This document shows, piece by piece, positions 52,401 through 62,256 of a stretch of 64,000 nt of DNA. Below the pieces are notes generated by a model, which saw nothing but the letters and a program-made list of their open reading frames with translations, ran no database searches and was not told the DNA's origin. The position numbers and the translations under genes are program-made. Position 1 is the first letter of the stretch. Every line of letters begins with the position of its first letter. The DNA is from Ostrea edulis (Eukaryota), in contig NC_079164.1 of the NCBI RefSeq assembly GCF_947568905.1, positions 28,458,001 through 28,522,000 on the forward strand, in the 5' to 3' direction.

Positions 52401-55400
52401 GCTCTACCACTGAGCTACCGTGACCAGTTCGATATCTCGAATTCCATGGATATGTCGAAGTGAACTGGAAGTCCCCAATATATTTTCTTTATGTATTTTA
52501 ATCTCAGTATCTCAAACCCTCTGATATCTTGAAGTTTTTTTCAGCCCTAATGAGTTCAAAATAATGAGGTTTAACCATAGTTGTCTTTTCAAACGCTGAA
52601 TACAGAAATTGTAGCTCTACATATTTTTCAGACTATATGCTAAAAACACTAGAGATTGTTTTTATGAAAAACAGATGTCTCCTCAGCTCCCAAATTGGAA
52701 GTGCTCTAAATAAAACCTCCTCCCCTTAATGTACTGAATGATATGGAGAAGAAAGCATGAGCAGGGACATAGCTATTATGAACTCCAATAAGCCACATAG
52801 AAGTGCTCACAAACTATTGAACACCCTCCACCCCTCAGATCCACTATAACTTGAAGGATAACAATTGGATCCTACTGTCCCTACAATATGCATATCTACA
52901 AAGGGCATTGAAGTATTGTGCAAAATGTCAAGTCTATCAGATAAGCCATAAAGGAGAAGAGTTCATAAGCTATTTTAACATCCTCCACACCTCTTGGATC
53001 CACTATTGGACAAAATTTCAAATCTATCTGATAAGCCATATAGGTGAAGTATTCACAAGCTATTTTACATCCTCCACCCCTCTTAGATCCACTATAACTT
53101 TTAGCAAAATAATTGGATCCTCCTGTCCTGACAATATGCACATCTACAAATGGCAATGAAGCATTGTACAAAGTTTTAAGTCTATCCGACAAGCCATATA
53201 GGAGGAGAAGCGTTCACAAGATTTTGTGACAGACAGATGGACAGACAGAAACTCTAAAAACAATATGTCTCCCCCTGAAAGAGGGGAGACATAATAAAGT
53301 TAAAGAAAACAAAGACCCTTCACTGTATTATATATACTATCATTCCAAAAACAGCATGTTACTTTGCTTAATTGAACATGAATATTTTTGGTTGAATGAA
53401 ACAGGTTTTACATTTATTCTCAGTAACCAACCACATTGAAAAAAATGGCATAATGTGGTCATCCAAACTCACTTTATTGAAATCAAACAGCCAATCAGTA
53501 AGTGATATGACAATTCACAAGTGTTATCCATGCAAACAGACACACTGTTTCTGGAATGACAGTAAAATATACATGTACCTGTTCCTCATAACCATATTTG
53601 ACTGTATTTCAAAGATACAAATTACCTCAGGTTCATCTTTGAAGAACTCCTCTGCAAACTCTGGAGCCACCTCCTCTAGAGAAGTGGGTGTTGGTCGACA
53701 TCGGCCTTGAATACTGTCCATCCACTCAGCTACACCCAACAGACAGCCCAGCTGCTGCAGACGGTTTAATTGAGACACAGTTACACATGACTGGAGAAGC
53801 ATGGTCTTTGATTTGGATTGTCCGATTACCTGGCCTAGCGGTTCCAGGAACATCTAAAACACAACCACAACTTCAACTAAAATTATCACTCAATTTTCTT
53901 GGCGTTAAAATTACACTGTTCAAATGGTATGGAGATCACTACATATTGGAATCCTATACCAACAAAAGAAACTGATCAACAACAACGAATAAGAACTATT
54001 TATCCACTAAATCAATAAAGAATAAAAACTCCTTATCCACTAAATCAGTAAGATCGAACTCCTTATCCACTAAATCAATGATTAATAACAACTCCTTATC
54101 CACTAAATCAATAATTAATAACAACTCCTTATCCACTAAATCAATAAGAACACCTTATCCACTAAATCAATGATTAATAACAACTCCTTATCCACTAAAT
54201 CAATAATTAATAACAACTCCTTATCCACTAAATCAATAAGAACTCCTTATCCACTAAATCAATGATTAATAACAACTCCTTATCCACTAAATCAATAATT
54301 AATAACAACTCCTTATCCACTAAATCAATAAGAACTCCTTATCCACTAAATCAATGATTAATAACAACTCCTTATCCACTAAATCAATAACAACTCCTTA
54401 TCCACTAAATCAATAACAACTCCTTATCCACAAAATCAATAATCAAGTCTCCATGGAATGCTCACTTTTTTAAAATTAAAAATCTTGCCCCCATAAATAA
54501 ATTTTCTACAGTTTGTACTTCTTTATGAATGATTGACTTCATTATGAACAATACAAAAATTATCAGTAATCATCAAACAGTCCCTTATTACACATCAGAT
54601 TTCATTCGAAATCAAAGCGTATTGACTGACAGGACTTGATTAAGTTTTGGGAACAATTTGTGGATAATGTAGCACACACAAAGCTAACACTGGCAGAGAA
54701 GAATAGATGAGATTTTATACTCAAACATTCACGGTACCTGAGAAGCCAGGATCGCACAGGTTTTGACAGGTAAAGTCAACAAGCAGTCCCGAACAAAATG
54801 AACAGCGGCCTCCCCGGGCTGACAACCAGATGGTGCTCCTGGTAAAAATTAATCAAATTAAATCTCGGTACTAAAATACATAATTATTATGTTTCCTGTC
54901 AGCTTGTCCCTATGCATTCAATACTCTACTATTTTCGCATACTGCACAATTATTTATAAATGTACACTATCACTATTTCTTCTGTGTAATTTTTCTTCTT
55001 TGTGTTCTTCAAACTTTTCACACATAAAAAAGTAAGTGCTCATTTGAGGGTTCAAACTCCAGACAGTGCGCTTGCTAAGCAAATGCGTTATTTATTATGT
55101 TACTGCAGCTCTACTCTTAGAGATGATCAATTATAGAGTTTACCACTAACTAATAATATTGAGGTTTGTGTCATTTTATTTGAGGTTTGTGTCATTTCAT
55201 TTAAATTATCTACACAGTCGTCACAATGACAACAATCGTGTTATGATTTGCATGTAATACGCTGAAATACTAGTCAAGGTTTGACCCATATTGAACTTGC
55301 CTCCAACTCGTCCACCATTGGTCAAACCCTGACTACTATTTCAGCATAGTAGATGCAAATCATGACACTATCGTATAAATATCACACACAATTCCATGAC

Positions 55401-58400
55401 AAAGTCATTGACGACTTCCCCACCATACCTGGCACACAGTCTTTTGAGGCTTCCCTACCATACCTGGCACACAGTCTTTTGAGGCCTCCCCATGCATTTT
55501 GAACAATTCCTCCCGAACATGATTGGCCAGCAGAGCTACAGGGATGTTATCCACGCCTTTGTTCCAGACCACCATTGACATCAGATGTCCACTGACATCA
55601 CGTGGTACCCTCCCCTGGACGGATGCACAGAACTTCTCGGGGGAGGTACTACTGACCAGCTTTAGGTACTCCCCAGGGGAGCTCTCCAAAGCTATAAAAT
55701 CTGTGTTCATTACTTTGGATCCACCTGTAAAATTTAGAAGGTTGAAATTGATTGCATGTTTGAATTCAATGAACTAATAGTTCCTCTCATTATCTTTCAG
55801 CGTACATTTAACTAAAAAGAATTTGAACCCTAAACTTTTGGGGTAAACTTTAATAAATAGTGATATTAAGATATATAAAACTGCATCAACACCCATACTG
55901 TATCGCTGCACAAGTTCTCTGTTAAATTTTTAAGTTAACATTCCAATAAACCAACAAATAGAAAACTTCTAGTTTATAACTTTAGGTCCAGACACAAATG
56001 AATGCCACATTGTATCCACTTGTGAGAATCTTCCACAATTTTAACCTTAAGGTGTTGGTCTCCAGTTTCGATGTTGCTGGTGTCAACCAATAAAATGTTA
56101 GATTTTATGTTACAGACTTGAACACAATGTTCCACACTATGGCATGATGTCATAGGGTATGTGTATCAACTAAATTTTCAACCAATTAGAATCACTGTAT
56201 CAAAGTCAATCTAACAAATATTGATCTATCATCAACAGATCACTAGGTTTGAAAGTCAGAGACAAGTGGTCTCAAAAAAAGAAAAGGCCCATGGGCCACA
56301 ATGCTAACCTGAGAAATCTTGCTTACAATGAGATATAACTTTGCTTATTTTTCTCCCTTACATACCCTCTATTGGCCAATGTTGACATTCTCCATATTTC
56401 TGGATGAAATCTCGTAACTTTCCCAGCTGTGGTTCAAACACCTGACTCCATTGACTCCACTCAGCCATGTTCTCCAACAAAGGGCAGTTATCCAAGCAAG
56501 CCAGGGCAGCCTCTTTTGTCTGGTGTCCCAGAATTCCAGTCTGACCTTTCACCTCAAAGCTGCATGTCAGAAAATTGTATATAATATAACAGGATTTAAA
56601 AAATGCCATATGCTTCCTTCATCACTGCAAATATTCTATAACATGCCACATCTAGTAAATTCCTATCATTTATTAGAGAATCTTCTGACACTATAGAAGG
56701 GCTTACAATTGCATTTTGTGAGAAAGACCAGGGGCCCATTTTACAAAAAGTCGTAAATCTTAAGTCCTAAGTCATAAATTTGAAGAACTTACGACGTACA
56801 GATCGTAGGACCGTTTTACAAAACGTATCGTAATCGTATATCGTACATTCATTGTCGCAAGTCGTATATGGAACTCTTCAGCGCATGAAGTTGTAGAAAT
56901 GAACATATATAGATACCACGCGAAGCCCGACGCGCAGACACTGGGGAGGAAAGAAAACTGGAGCGTCAGTGAAACCGCTGCGCTCGTCGATGGAATGTTA
57001 ACAACCATTTGAAGCTGATCAATACATGTACATATACACAATTCTTAATTACTGCACAGCATGTTATGAGCAAGCATTTTGTTTTTACATACATTGTATA
57101 TACAAATGCGCATGCATTTATATTCGAGTTACAACACTAAGGTGAAGGGGGGGGGGGGGGGATTGCTTATAAGTTAGCTGTGCTAATACATGCATATTAT
57201 ATGAATAATTAGACTTATTATTTGATCTCAAATTATATATATTCCTAATTATCTTATTATTAATTAAAGATTTCCAATATCAGGGAAATTAACTTGATTA
57301 TTTTAAATAAGAGTTATTCTTGTGTATTGAAATATAGGCCTATATATGATATACTAGGCTATGTAAAATCATGATTCTACAGGTACGTGGCTGTATCAAG
57401 TGGTTTAATATATAGCACGATTGGTTAAAAAGGAAGGTGAATAGCAAGCAATATGATGGTACATGTACTTGTTGAGGGGGGGGGGGGGGGGGGTCATTCA
57501 ATCACACTTTTAAAAAAAAATGCAACACTGTCTATTTTTCATAAATGCTAATAGCTGGTATAATGGGGGGGGGGGGGTGTAGTTATTAATTAATTCACTC
57601 ACAATTTCTTTTTCCATTTGAAGTACATGTACAAACATACTAATAGGCCTGATAATTTAATGGACGGGGTGGACGTGGAAAAGGGTTAGGGATTAATTCA
57701 TTCACAATTTTTTCCCGATAGTGTCTTTCTCATACATACAAATAATTTGTATAAATTTACCATGGTATTGGATGACATTGTGCATATAAATGATGTACTA
57801 GTACGTGCATGTACATGTATAACAAAGGCGTATATAACTATAGGCCTACGTGTGGATGGGTGTCTCGGAATCAATAAGATCTGATATGACATGCATACTT
57901 TCTTTTAAAAAAATGCTTGAAGTAGTCAACATCATTGGAAAAAGTATGGTCTATGCGGGAATATACAAACATTGCAATGGATCCTATGGCACACACTTGC
58001 TACATTTGTTTGATCCGCGCACTGACGGAAATATACGAGAACGTAACCACATTTTGTGTGACGAAGTCATCAGAGGAAGTGACGCATTGTAGTAAACAAA
58101 GGAGGCAGGACAGGCCCTTATGTGTGCAGACAATAATGAATCATGGTATGTACTTGAATAACATCTGGTGCAGCCTTACTTCGGTTTGTAGGATGCTCTA
58201 CGTCTCCCCGCACTAAATCTGTTAACTCGTAGAGATACCGCCTGGGCAAACGATATCTCTCGACTACCTCAACATCATTGAGGTAGCTAGTCCAATGGAT
58301 TATTTTTATCGCGAAACACTCGCAGCGCACGTTTTTTATGAGTCTCATTCATAACATTTAACATTAGAAATGCAGCCATGTTGAATTATTTTAATAACCA

Positions 58401-61400
58401 TAGTAACAAAGATTTTATGGAGCACTTACAACAAAACTTGGGACATAGGGTCGCCCCCGGGCGGTCGTAGACTTAAGGGCGAATTTCATCGTAACTCGTA
58501 AATCCTAAATCTTTGTAAAACGGTCGCACATCGTACGTTATGTCTTACGACTAATTTTAAGACTTACGACCTTTTGTAAAACGGGCCCCTGTACTTGCAA
58601 TGCTATATAATGATACAGGTATCTCTCTCAATAACATCTCTCTGTCAAAAGAAAACTCCACAAAACTTTCTAATTTTCCCTGGTGCTCTGAATTAGGCAA
58701 TTTTATAAAAGAAACCTCACTTGTGGGTACAATCTCTACAGTGTTAAGGTACATATTTTGTTGCAAACTGCATTACACAAGCAAATGATATGCTGGGGAT
58801 ATTTAGACAAAACACAGGAGCTCTTTATCACATTTTACTGAATCATTAAGTTAAGTGTTTCAGGTATTACTCTGAATAAGATATGTCATTGTATCATTTT
58901 ATCATTTCAATTTCATGTTTACTGCATTTACTCACATGCATAAATATCCGTGCTTTCAGTACATGCATTTTAAACTGCAGTCACTGTACATTACATTTAC
59001 AGAATCTGTACCATGAACAATAATCGTGTTACCTCTCTAGGGGAATTACAGCTGCTTCATACATCACACAGTGCTGATTAGTCACGTGTCTCCCTGGACG
59101 GTCAGCCAATCCAATCAAGCGTGAAGCAGTGCCATGCCCAAGTTGCTTGACATCTTTTACAGAAAACTGGTGACATAATGCCTCTTGTATCATCTCCTCC
59201 TGAAAAAATATCACCACATTGTACTACAAAATAGGTTTTAGACTATGTCAGTCAACTACAGAATAGGTTTTAGGCTAGAAAGTACTACATAATAGGCCTC
59301 AGACTACAAAGTACTACAGAATAGGCCTTAGGCTACAGTGTACTACAGAATAGGCCTTAGGCTACAGTGTACTACAAAATAGGTCTTACGCTACAGTGTA
59401 CTGCATAGTAGGCTTTAGGCTACAGTGAACTACAGAATAGGTCTTAGGCTACAGTGTACTACAGAATAGGCCTTAGGCTACAGTGTACTACAAAATAGGT
59501 CTTACGCTACAGTGTACTGCATAGTAGGCTTTAGACTACAGTGAACTACAGAATAGGTCTTAGGCTACAGTTTACTACAGAATATGTCTTAGGCTACAAT
59601 GTACTACAGAATAGGCCTTAGGCTACAGTGTACATGTACTACAGAGTACAAATACTAAAAGTAAGCAGACACAACAGAGGTACAGAGAGATCCCACAGAA
59701 TAAATGAAATGAAAACTACTGTGGTGTCTTTTGATTTATCATATAAATTACACATTCTTTTGTAGTTTAAAATCCGTGATATACGAAGGATGAATGACAA
59801 TTGAGCCCCAATGAATTAAAATGATTCCATATCATTAATTCAGCCATCCTGTTGTTTGTATATTTGGTTGCAATATCTGGCAATAGAAGCCTCATCATGT
59901 TTTGTATTTGCACTCTGATGCAATCCCCCCCCCCCTCTCCCCCCCGATTGATTCTACTTACATGTGTGAGGTTTGCCTGTTTACACTGATGGATAAACTC
60001 CAGGACATGAGTAAGTGTTGGCAGATATCCTCCAGCAGCATCACTGTGACCCCCGCCGGACCCTAAACTGGTCCCCCCACAATCATCTAGTTCCTATAAA
60101 ATACACATTTACAAAGAACTACTAACACAAATAACGGCTGAAGATAAGTTTTGTTCATATTTCACATGAGTATACCATAGCAGATTTTATGACTTTGAAA
60201 AATCTATATTTAAAATAAACAAAAACAATAAATTGAATTTACTCTTGACCAAACAACATTTATAGCACGTTTCGAAATACATGTATTACTTGTTTGGCCT
60301 CCTTCTGAAGAAATTCCAAGAAGCGTCCATATCCCATAGCCAGAAATGAATCAAATTCAAAATGGTCCACCATTCTCTCCTCAATGTGATCCAAAGTTTT
60401 CAGTGTAAGCACACCATGGCTCTGACATTTGTCAAGGTAAGTCTTCAGGAGTCTGACAACAGATTCTACAAAATAAAACAACAAAGAAAGTCTTTAACAG
60501 TCTGACAACAGATTCTACAAAATAAAACAACAAACAAAAAGTCTTCAGGAGTCTGACAACAGATTCTACAAAATAAAACAAAGAAAGTCTTCAGGAGTCT
60601 GACAACAGATTCTACAAAATAAAACAACAAAGAAAGTCTTTAACAGTCTGACAACAGATTCTACAAAATAAAACAACAAAGAAAGTCTTTAACAGTCTGA
60701 CAACAGATTCTACAAAATAAACCAACAAGAAAAGTCCTTAACAGTCTGACAACAGATTCTACAAAATAAAACAACAAAGAAAGTCTTTAACAGTCTGACA
60801 ACAGATTCTACAAAATAAACAACAATAAATGTCTTCAGCAGTCTGACAACAGATTCTACAAAATAAAACAATAAATGTTTTCAGGAGTCTGACAACAGAT
60901 TCTACAAAATAAAACAACACGAAATGTCTTCAGCAGTCTGACAACAGATTCTACAAAATAAAACAACACGAAATGTCTTCAGCAGTCTGACAACAGATTC
61001 TACAAAATAAAACAACACGAAAAAGTCCTTAGTAGTCTAACAAAAGATTCTACAAAATCAAACAACAAAGAGAAGTCGTTAACAGTCTGACAACAGATTC
61101 TACAAAATAAAACAACAAGGAAAAGTCTTTAACAGTTTGACAACAGATTCTACAATATAAAACAACAAATAATGAATCATCATTTTCATTATCTGGTTCT
61201 AGAGCTTCAGATGAGAAAGTTTACTTACCATATCTGTGGTTTTTAAGTCCTATCTATTTTTTCTAATATTTCAACAAACTTATGATCTTCGACTGTCTTT
61301 TATTTTGCCATTGACATTATGTAGCTGTACCCACCTTTTGTAGGTGGAGGTTTCTTTTTCACAGTAACAGGTACCTCCTTCGGCTTAGTCGCTTCAGTCA

Positions 61401-61647
61401 AGAACTGTCTGTGAACAGCCTCTACTTCTGTCTGACTGATACAGATGGCGATGTGAAACAGGTTACGACCGAAGCTATCCGAGGTGACTGCCTGCAAGAA
61501 GCCATTAATGGTGTCTGTGAACCTGGTGAAGTTTCGCATCTCCATCCGAGATGTTGGGGCCTCCACTGAACAGCAGAGGGTGCGGTATTTATCAAAGATT
61601 TCCTTCAGAGCCTCCACGGGCCTCATCTTCAGATAGTGTTGCCTAAT
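22203..61647 (-). CDS. Protein NO VEIN-like (sacsin-type GHKL ATPase plus C-terminal DUF3883/NOV_C), 5'-incomplete, 31 visible exons
   Basis: Phase-consistent exons read 5' to 3': 61647-61335, 60465-60290, 60093-59962, 59199-59033, 56559-56366, 55724-55464, 54838-54738, 53853-53626, 50881-50722, 47927-47661, 47425-47231, 46931-46775, 46422-46152, 45782-45699, 45482-45410, 44713-44601, 44446-44290, 38536-38288, 37847-37653, 37015-36834, 36010-35809, 34608-34457, 34371-33266, 32833-32652 (donor uncertain), 29723-29482, 26878-26688, 25989-25832, 24866-24738, 24603-24316 (or 24301), 23443-23117, 22699-22203. Total about 7.15 kb with no internal stop. Confidence 0.9.
23690..24272. repeat. Composite minisatellite (period about 39 bp) in a NO VEIN-like intron
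   Basis: CACAAGCATTCATCACATACATTCAACACAAGCATTTAC and variants. Confidence 0.9.
24905..25122. repeat. Minisatellite of about 42-45 bp, about 5 copies
   Basis: ATGAAATTTTAATATTGTCATACTGCAGTGTGTCAGA repeats. Confidence 0.9.
27011..27655 (+). mobile_element. Helentron-type element with about three 156-bp core repeats
   Basis: Repeat starts at 27113, 27269 and 27425, followed by a (GAC)n microsatellite. ATGTGTCGCC occurs near both ends, with a 3' TGTGTCGCC...GGCGACACA hairpin. Confidence 0.8.
27846..28522 (+). mobile_element. Helentron-type element with the same 5' end as 11723-12242
   Basis: AACAAGATGTACTGTGAGCAATGCTCACTAAGAATACCCC start, TTTTGACCTTGAG core repeats, a (GACA/GACG)n tract and a 3' CCCCCCAGAACTTCGTTCGGGGGG hairpin. 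Confidence 0.8.
28826..29322. repeat. 28-bp minisatellite, about 17 copies
   Basis: CACAAACTGAGTTTAACCGGCAACGTGT and variants, with no unique spacers. Confidence 0.95.
30133..31910 (+). mobile_element. Helentron-type element interrupted by a MITE
   Basis: ACAAGAGGCCCAAAGGCCTTAACAGTCACCTGAG start. The body matches the copy at 41035-41865 once 30230-31192 is removed. Confidence 0.75.
30230..31192. mobile_element. PIF/Harbinger-like MITE
   Basis: TAA duplicated on both sides. TIR GGGCTGTTTCAGAAAT / ATTTCTGGAATAGCCC, extending into GGGGGGTCGGG / CCCGACCCCCC. Confidence 0.75.
33266..34371 (-). CDS. Large central exon (1106 bp) of the NO VEIN-like gene
   Basis: Acceptor TTACCAAG|AAT and donor AGAAA|GTAAGT. 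Contains the 324-aa ORF 34236-33262. Confidence 0.9.
34702..35631. mobile_element. Degenerate Tc1/mariner (Tc2-like) MITE
   Basis: Left end TA|CTGTATATACTCGCATTTAAGT and right end ACTTGTATGCAAGTATTTAC. It resembles the TIR of 51428-52247. Confidence 0.55.
36085..36508 (+). mobile_element. Helentron-type element
   Basis: AACAAGAGCTCCGCAAG start, two degenerate GACCTT core repeats, and a 3' CCCTCTCACAATGAATTGCGAGGG hairpin. Confidence 0.65.
38915..39718 (+). mobile_element. Cluster of Helentron-type fragments
   Basis: TTTGACCCTTGAC core repeats followed by a segment homologous to the 13414 and 41035 family. Confidence 0.6.
39761..39833 (+). pseudogene. tRNA-like sequence (pseudo-tRNA or SINE head), copy 1
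   Basis: Acceptor stem GGCCAGA/TCTGGTC and a D arm with an A box are present. The anticodon loop is 8 nt (CTAGAGAT) and the T stem has a mismatch. Confidence 0.7.
39979..40051 (+). pseudogene. tRNA-like sequence, copy 2 (218 bp downstream of copy 1)
   Basis: Nearly identical to 39761-39833, with the same 8-nt loop. Confidence 0.7.
40164..42022. mobile_element. Degenerate TIR element rich in TTACGA motifs, with a nested Helentron-type copy at 41035-41865
   Basis: CCTTCACATTCACGGATTTTTCTTACGGATCCTTATG near 40167 is an imperfect inverted repeat of CATAAGGACTCGTAAGAAAAAATCTGTGAGTGTGAAGG near 41977-42014. Confidence 0.6.
42257..42432. mobile_element. 176-bp Tc1/mariner-type MITE
   Basis: TA|CCATATAGCGGATTT...AAACCCGCTATATGG|TA. 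Confidence 0.75.
42918..43813. repeat. Identical direct repeat of about 246 bp, offset 650 bp
   Basis: 42918-43163 equals 43568-43813. Confidence 0.9.
44601..47927 (-). CDS. GHKL/sacsin-like ATPase and transducer exons of the NO VEIN-like gene
   Basis: LYSKDTHFVLELIQNADDNSY, NNENGFREKDIRALCDVGRSTK, YIGQKGIGFKSVF, VFAFLPLRSYGFRFIIQGDFDVPSSRE. Confidence 0.92.
44700..45322 (-). repeat. Degenerate array seeded by the acceptor at 44714
   Basis: Repeats of AACATCAAAATCACCTAGGCAAC, which on the minus strand read TTGCCTAG|GTGATTTTGATGTT. Confidence 0.85.
46448..46690. repeat. 33-bp minisatellite just upstream of an acceptor
   Basis: AAATAAAATACTCAACAGTACTTATATCAATAG and a variant unit, about 7 copies. 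Confidence 0.85.
47920..50640 (-). repeat. 21-bp satellite derived from the acceptor at 47928, split by an insertion at 48022-49087
   Basis: The unit AAAGAGATAAAGTTAGATCTA reads TTTATCTCTTTAG|ATCTAAC on the minus strand, against the real TATATCTCATTAG|ATCTCAC. Roughly 70 copies at 49105-50640. Confidence 0.9.
48022..49087. mobile_element. Deleted copy of the 5387-5897 family containing a Helentron-type insert (48252-48899)
   Basis: Shares ATAGAATCCTTCATTA, CAGAAAGAGCATACC.GAAAATGGTT and CTCACATG.CTGTCTCACATGTG...GTGATAATGT with 5387-5897. Confidence 0.7.
50883..51298. repeat. 51-bp minisatellite, about 8 near-identical copies, abutting the acceptor at 50882
   Basis: TGCAACAAAGAAATCAACATCCCTGGGTGTTAAATGTGTACCTGTAAATCA at 50883, 50934 and onward. 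Confidence 0.95.
51339..52428 (-). mobile_element. tRNA-derived SINE split by a MITE
   Basis: Minus-strand head GGTCACGGTAGCTCAGTGGTAGAGCGTTTGC and an (AATC)n-type tail at 51339. The body matches 3893-4093. Confidence 0.75.
51428..52247. mobile_element. 820-bp Tc1/mariner (Tc2-like) MITE
   Basis: TA|CCGTACATACTCGCCTATAAG...CTTATAGGCGAGTATATACGG|TA. Removing it restores the SINE sequence AAATTTAGACCTATGCT. Confidence 0.85.
52840..53294 (+). mobile_element. Helentron-type element 3' part
   Basis: Degenerate repeats containing ATAAGCCATA and GATCCACTA, a (GACA)n tract and a 3' TGTCTCCCCC-TGAAA-GAGGGGAGACA hairpin. Confidence 0.65.
53995..54438. repeat. Minisatellite with a 23-bp core
   Basis: AACTCCTTATCCACTAAATCAAT repeated with short variable linkers. 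Confidence 0.9.
56899..57012 (+). pseudogene. Myb/SANT-like N-terminal remnant of the Harbinger accessory gene
   Basis: MNIYRYHAKPDAQTLGRKENWSVSETAALVDGMLTTI*. The RKENWS..ET..LV segment resembles the first helix of Myb_DNA-bind_5-type domains. Confidence 0.55.
58154..58379 (-). pseudogene. Harbinger (HARBI1-like) transposase N-terminal remnant
   Basis: MAAFL...RVFRDKNNPLD, then a frameshift to YLNDVEVVERYRLPRRYLYELTDLVRGDVEHPTNRSKA, ending at the donor CAA|GTACAT. Confidence 0.8.
59220..59645. repeat. 29-bp minisatellite, about 14 copies
   Basis: ACTACAGAATAGGCCTTAGGCTACAGTGT and variants. Confidence 0.95.
60450..61165 (-). repeat. About 46-51-bp array of an acceptor plus exon start, about 15 copies
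   Basis: Each unit reads TTGTTTTATTTTGTAG|AATCTGTTGTCAGACT on the minus strand, matching the junction at 60466/60465. Confidence 0.95.
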
Positions 61648-62256
61648 CTGTCAAAAAAGGCAACAAATTCAAATCATTGATAAAAACATTCTCCTTTTCC
61701 GATGCCTGGAAAGAGAGATTATATATGTACACTTAATATGTGTTCAAGTATGTGGGAAAGGATTCTGTGATATTGAATTATTAAAATCTAAGTCTTTTTA
61801 TTGATACATTGTACTTCTAAGTACACGTAAAGCAGCTAGAATCAAATTTATCTTTTTTTGCTAAGAAGTTCATTAAAAACATGACTCAGATTATCATATT
61901 GAGAACTTCATGAGATGACGACTCTTTGAGTACTCTTTTAGTACTGTTGAAATAAGAAATACAATCAAAGGCAAGAGAGGATTACCAGTGGAACTACTGT
62001 TGAATTACATTGTAAGCCTGCTATAGATGTGATATAAGCTTACTCCACAGCTATTGACCCCTGACAAAATTCAGAAACCATTGTAAGGTTAAACGCCTTC
62101 AAACATTTGCAATCTACAGCATTGTGTTTCTGAAGAATACCAGAGTGTACATTAAAGTCTATTAGGCATAGCATAGTTCTCCCTTTTTTCACAGATACTG
62201 TCTTCAAAGAGTAGCTAATACAACCCAGTAATATCTAATTAGCAAAATTTTAAAAA

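Larger units (their letters stand above)
51302..52576. mobile_element. Tigger-like MITE, outer layer of a triple nest
   Basis: TA|CAGTTGAACTTCTGTATCTTGAA left end and a degenerate GAGGTTTAACCA|TA right end. Confidence 0.55.
56732..58588. mobile_element. Internally deleted Harbinger DNA transposon
   Basis: 32-bp TIR GGGCCC[A/G]TTTTACAAAA[A/G]GTCGTAA[A/G]TCTTAA, flanked by CAG and CTG. Contains remnants of a Myb-like gene (+) and a transposase (-). Confidence 0.85.

Noticed and set aside
56040-56095. Possible micro-exon between exons 56366 and 55724
   Set aside because: The candidate is 31 nt and breaks the phase, and the flanking exons already join in frame.
58557-58767. Possible additional NO VEIN-like exon (LQQNMYLNTVEIV...)
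   Set aside because: No phase-2 GT donor connects it to exon 56559, whereas exon 59033 splices to 56559 in phase without it.
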